Assembly (NCBI GenBank): GCA_023334545.1
Contig: JAADVB010000204.1
Location: 1-34,936 of the forward strand
DNA length: 34,936 bases
Direction: 5' to 3'
Source of the DNA: Salisapilia sapeloensis CBS 127946
Lineage: Eukaryota; Protista; Oomycota
Part shown: in pieces, positions 31,981 through 34,936 of the stretch
How positions within the stretch are numbered: position 1 is the first letter of the stretch
Layout of the letters: each line of letters begins with the position of its first letter
The notes under the pieces: generated by a model
The model's database searches: none
What the model was told of the DNA's origin: nothing
Seen by the model: only the letters and a program-made list of their open reading frames with translations
Program-made: the position numbers and the translations under genes

Positions 31981-33540
31981 TTATACGTCACAAGTAGAAA
32001 CAAGCTTTCGCATGTCATTCACTTCGCTCGTCGCGACTTGTGTGGATGCGACGGACGTATCAGGTTTCCATACCAGCTCCTTTTGTGGATTTATAGACAG
32101 AAGGAAAGGAACGAGCTCCATCGTGACATCCTCTTGGTAAGAGACGACTTTGCCTGCTTTCCACTCGCTACTAACTGGTTGCCATGTATCCATGTCCAGT
32201 GTTAATGTCTTGTACGCAACCACGTCCCCGACACTCAGCTCTTGGATACCTGTTTCGTTGTCTCCCATGCAACTTGAATAGCTCTCTACTAAGGAAGATA
32301 TCGTCTACACCTCCGTGTTAATCTACACATCCAAGTAGCAGCACACGAGTATATATACCTTTTCCGTAGATGGAGCAGCGTCTTTACTTTCATTATCATG
32401 CATGGTAGAGATGACTTCATACGGACGCTTCCACATGTCCTCCCAGTTCTTTTTTGATTTCTTCTTAGGCCTCTCGGCTTCATTGGCTTCGTACCGTTCT
32501 CCACTGTCATCAAAGGTGGAATGCTTTGGATTGTTGCTTGCAATCCTTGGACCATACTTGCTCCATTGCTTCTGAACGACGGGCTCAGGTGTTACGGCAC
32601 TATTGCTACCACCATTGAAATGGACATGCCCTTTGGGTACTGCGTCCACCACTTCATTTGATAGTGGAATGTGACGTGTAGTGGGCTCCTTCGGAACTGA
32701 TGGAGCCGTCGAAGCTGCCTCATTAATGACTGTCTCTGCCGGGTTCTTCAATTGCGCTCTCTTCCGACGACGCTGTCGCTGGCGAGGTCGCCGTCTACGA
32801 CGTTCGTTTTTTTCGGCTGACTGTTGTACACCTTCGGGCGGTTTATTGTTCCCAGCAGGTGCTTTCTTTAACATCTTTTGGCTCGCTGCCTGTGAATCGC
32901 TGTCTTCGTCGCTCGAACTACTCTCGCTTTCACTACTGCTACTGCTACTGCTGCTACTACTGCTACTACTGCTACTACTACTAGAAGATTTGTTTGACTT
33001 GCTAGCGCCAGCCTTTTGGTTGCACTCCTTGAGCAGACATCCATTGTTTGGAGAGACATTCCGCTTGGACTTCTCTTTCTTCTCATTGGGCTTCGAGGTA
33101 GTCGATTCATTTCGTTTTTCAGCTTTTTTACAACCCTTGCTCTGATTCTTAATTGATGTATTTACTTCGTCTGACTCCGAAGAGCTTGATGAGGATGCGT
33201 TGGATACCAACTTTTTCTTTTTGGCTCGTTTTGGTGCTCGAATCCGTCGAGACGAAGACATTTTTAGCACTGAGCAATGCACTTCAAGTCGATCCCCATC
33301 ACGAAGCAACTGGACTTCTTGTGATGGCAATACTCGGAAGCTGTCTAGCACCAGATCCACACCTTGTGGACACCTCCGCCCCAAGTCAAAGTCCTGTAGA
33401 ACAGCATAGGCCACATCACCGACAATTCTCGCTCGCTCTGGAACGAGGTACCAGCATGCTGCAAACCCGTGGTTCTTTAGCATAACATCTGCAAGCTCAT
33501 CGCAAAATTCAATACGTAGTCGGCATCGTTGTCCAGCCAT
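31981..33540 (-). CDS. COIL: Coilin-like protein (~501 aa, 2 exons)
   Basis: N-domain RLRIEF...GFAACWYLVP...VGDVAYAVLQDFDL...LVLDSFRVLP...LLRDGDRLEV; Lys/Ser-rich middle; intron 32305-32358; C-terminal Tudor-like SVGDVVAYKTLTL...SEWKAGKVVS. Confidence 0.75.
32933..32983. repeat. Imperfect (CTA/CTG)n trinucleotide tract encoding poly-Ser in coilin
   Basis: 17 tandem CTA/CTG triplets, read as AGT/AGC codons on the minus strand. Confidence 0.9.
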
Positions 33541-33829
33541 TTTCCACTTCCACGCTTAGTTGTCATAAATTCGTGTCAGGCTAATTTGACATCACAACAT
33601 TGTGATATATGTCATAAACTAGTCTCCTAGGCTAATTTAATTCTATTTAGTAACCAGCTCGCAATGGCATTTGGTTGCTCCATCGGAATCAGTCGACGCC
33701 TTGTAGTCGACACTGCAGAGAAACATAGAGGTTTGCTTCTTATGTTCTTGATACATCGGTTGCTGCACTAGCATATGCAAGGCTTCCAGAAGACCGGACC
33801 GCATTTATTTTCATCTAGGCCATGTTCGC

Positions 33830-34700
33830 GCTGAATACCGATTTGGAAGAATTGGGGATTTACACTTTGCACTTCTGTTCACGATAATCCACTCGGGGAA
33901 TTCCGCGTTCGCTGAGCATAGCTGATTTTGTTTTACCATGTTGCATTGGAAACCCAACGTAGCACTACAGCACAACTTTCTTCCACTATATTAAATGCAT
34001 AAGCGAGTGTTCTGTGCTGCCCATGGGCATGCAAATTCATATTGTTGTTCTATCTCTGTCTTCGTCTTGGATGCAGTCAGGAAACGATCTTCGAGAAGAC
34101 TTCCAGTCACGCCTGGTGCTTGAGATGTGCAAATTTGAAAAAGCGTGCGAAACACTTAGTGAGCTCTTCGCTTAATTTGCGCTAGTTAGCTCTTCGCTAT
34201 TATTTCGGAGCAAGCGCAGGACAGTGGTGGACGGAATAATTGGGCGACATTTGCAACTCGCACTGTATCTGTTCCAGTAAAACAGCAAAGAGCTCAATGT
34301 TGCAAGTAAATCGAATGCAACTTCAACCTAAATGACTTCCGACGACCAACCACGATACACTCGACGCTACTCATAGCCATAACTTTGGTCATTAATTGCT
34401 GTTACAGCTTTTGTGCATTTACATCACGCGTATTATTCCTCGCACGATATCCGATTATCTGCTCAACGCACACGACCCTCGAGAACCCTGAATCGGTCTT
34501 TTGTATGCCCTTGGAAACCTGGAGGTCCGTTGGGCTCCAAATCTGCTGAAAATGCACACTGAACGAGGCTAACAGCGTTGTACCGATGACTAACTTTAGC
34601 TACTATGTGTAGATGTGGGTTCATTTGAAGTACCGAGATATGACGCTTATTGCGGAAGACAGACAATTATACAACGGACACGACATCGAATCAACTATAA
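33830..34700 (-). pseudogene. Decayed tandem-repeat coding sequence (up to 3 partial units), paralog of 1-670
   Basis: 34055-34465 matches 244-660. attcctcgca..ccgatt.tc..caacg.acacgacc at ~34435-34477 matches 182-224. Weaker extra units lie at ~33830-34010 and ~34480-34700. Stops and frameshifts are present; the boundaries are approximate. Confidence 0.55.
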
Positions 34701-34745
34701 TCGAATGGAGCTACAAAGTGTATATTACGCAGCAATTCTTTGGGC

Positions 34746-34936
34746 TTAGGCGAAATCCCGAGGTCCAAACTCGGACACGCTGTGGTCGTCCCACTCGTGC
34801 TCATCGTCTCCGATCAAGTACCGCTTCGGGTCGGCCGATAATGTCGTCTTGCCTGTGCCAGAGAGACCGAAGAAGATGGCCGTGTCGCCGGCCGGACCGA
34901 TGTTGGCAGACGCATGCATCGACATGATGCCATCCA
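34746..34936 (-). pseudogene. pckA: Fragment of ATP-dependent PEP carboxykinase, 5' part outside the window, 3' truncated
   Basis: Minus frame [53 protein letters not shown] contains the PEPCK kinase-1a and DDE motifs, followed by SEFGPRDFA* where FNFEGGCYAK is expected. Not in the ORF track. Confidence 0.8.

Noticed and set aside
33585-33620. Small imperfect palindrome upstream of coilin (tgacatcacaacattgtgatatatgtca)
   Set aside because: Short, AT-rich and bulged; within chance expectation without further evidence
244-34465. End repeats as LTRs of one giant element
   Set aside because: No TG...CA termini, target-site duplication or gag/pol/transposase is seen; the interior holds ordinary conserved genes, and the repeats are internally tandem
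1-34936. CRISPR arrays, rRNA/tRNA genes, RxLR/CRN effectors, intact transposons, biosynthetic gene cluster
   Set aside because: No short spaced repeats, RNA-gene structures, RxLR-dEER or LFLAK motifs, transposase domains or pathway enzymes around the ABC transporter were found

Overview
Eukaryotic, extremely gene-dense DNA, most likely from an oomycete. The evidence is the GPCR-TKL kinase, the membrane-anchored HECT ligase, the MLO-like gene, INR/FPR-like core promoter motifs and GT-AG introns of 49-73 nt; the species cannot be named. I reconstructed 16 protein-coding genes by hand, most spliced, so the ORF track fragments them: a 7-exon EF-hand-like protein, an SH2 + TPR adaptor, two spliced membrane microproteins absent as such from the ORF track, a divergent actin, an ABCC transporter, SEC63, a TM/RanBP2-ZnF HECT E3, PrimPol, BuGZ/ZNF207, an MLO-like protein, TatD, a GPCR-TKL, a large FYVE protein, an RFxI-motif coiled-coil protein and coilin. 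Both window ends carry decayed copies of one ~450-nt tandem coding unit. The right edge holds a truncated PEP carboxykinase fragment. The most striking observations are (1) the SH2 adaptor with five acidic Y-x-x-F motifs, (2) strict strand alternation over 15 consecutive genes, and (3) short linear-motif arrays in the FYVE and RFxI proteins. All splice models and domain calls were made by eye, without searches or RNA data.
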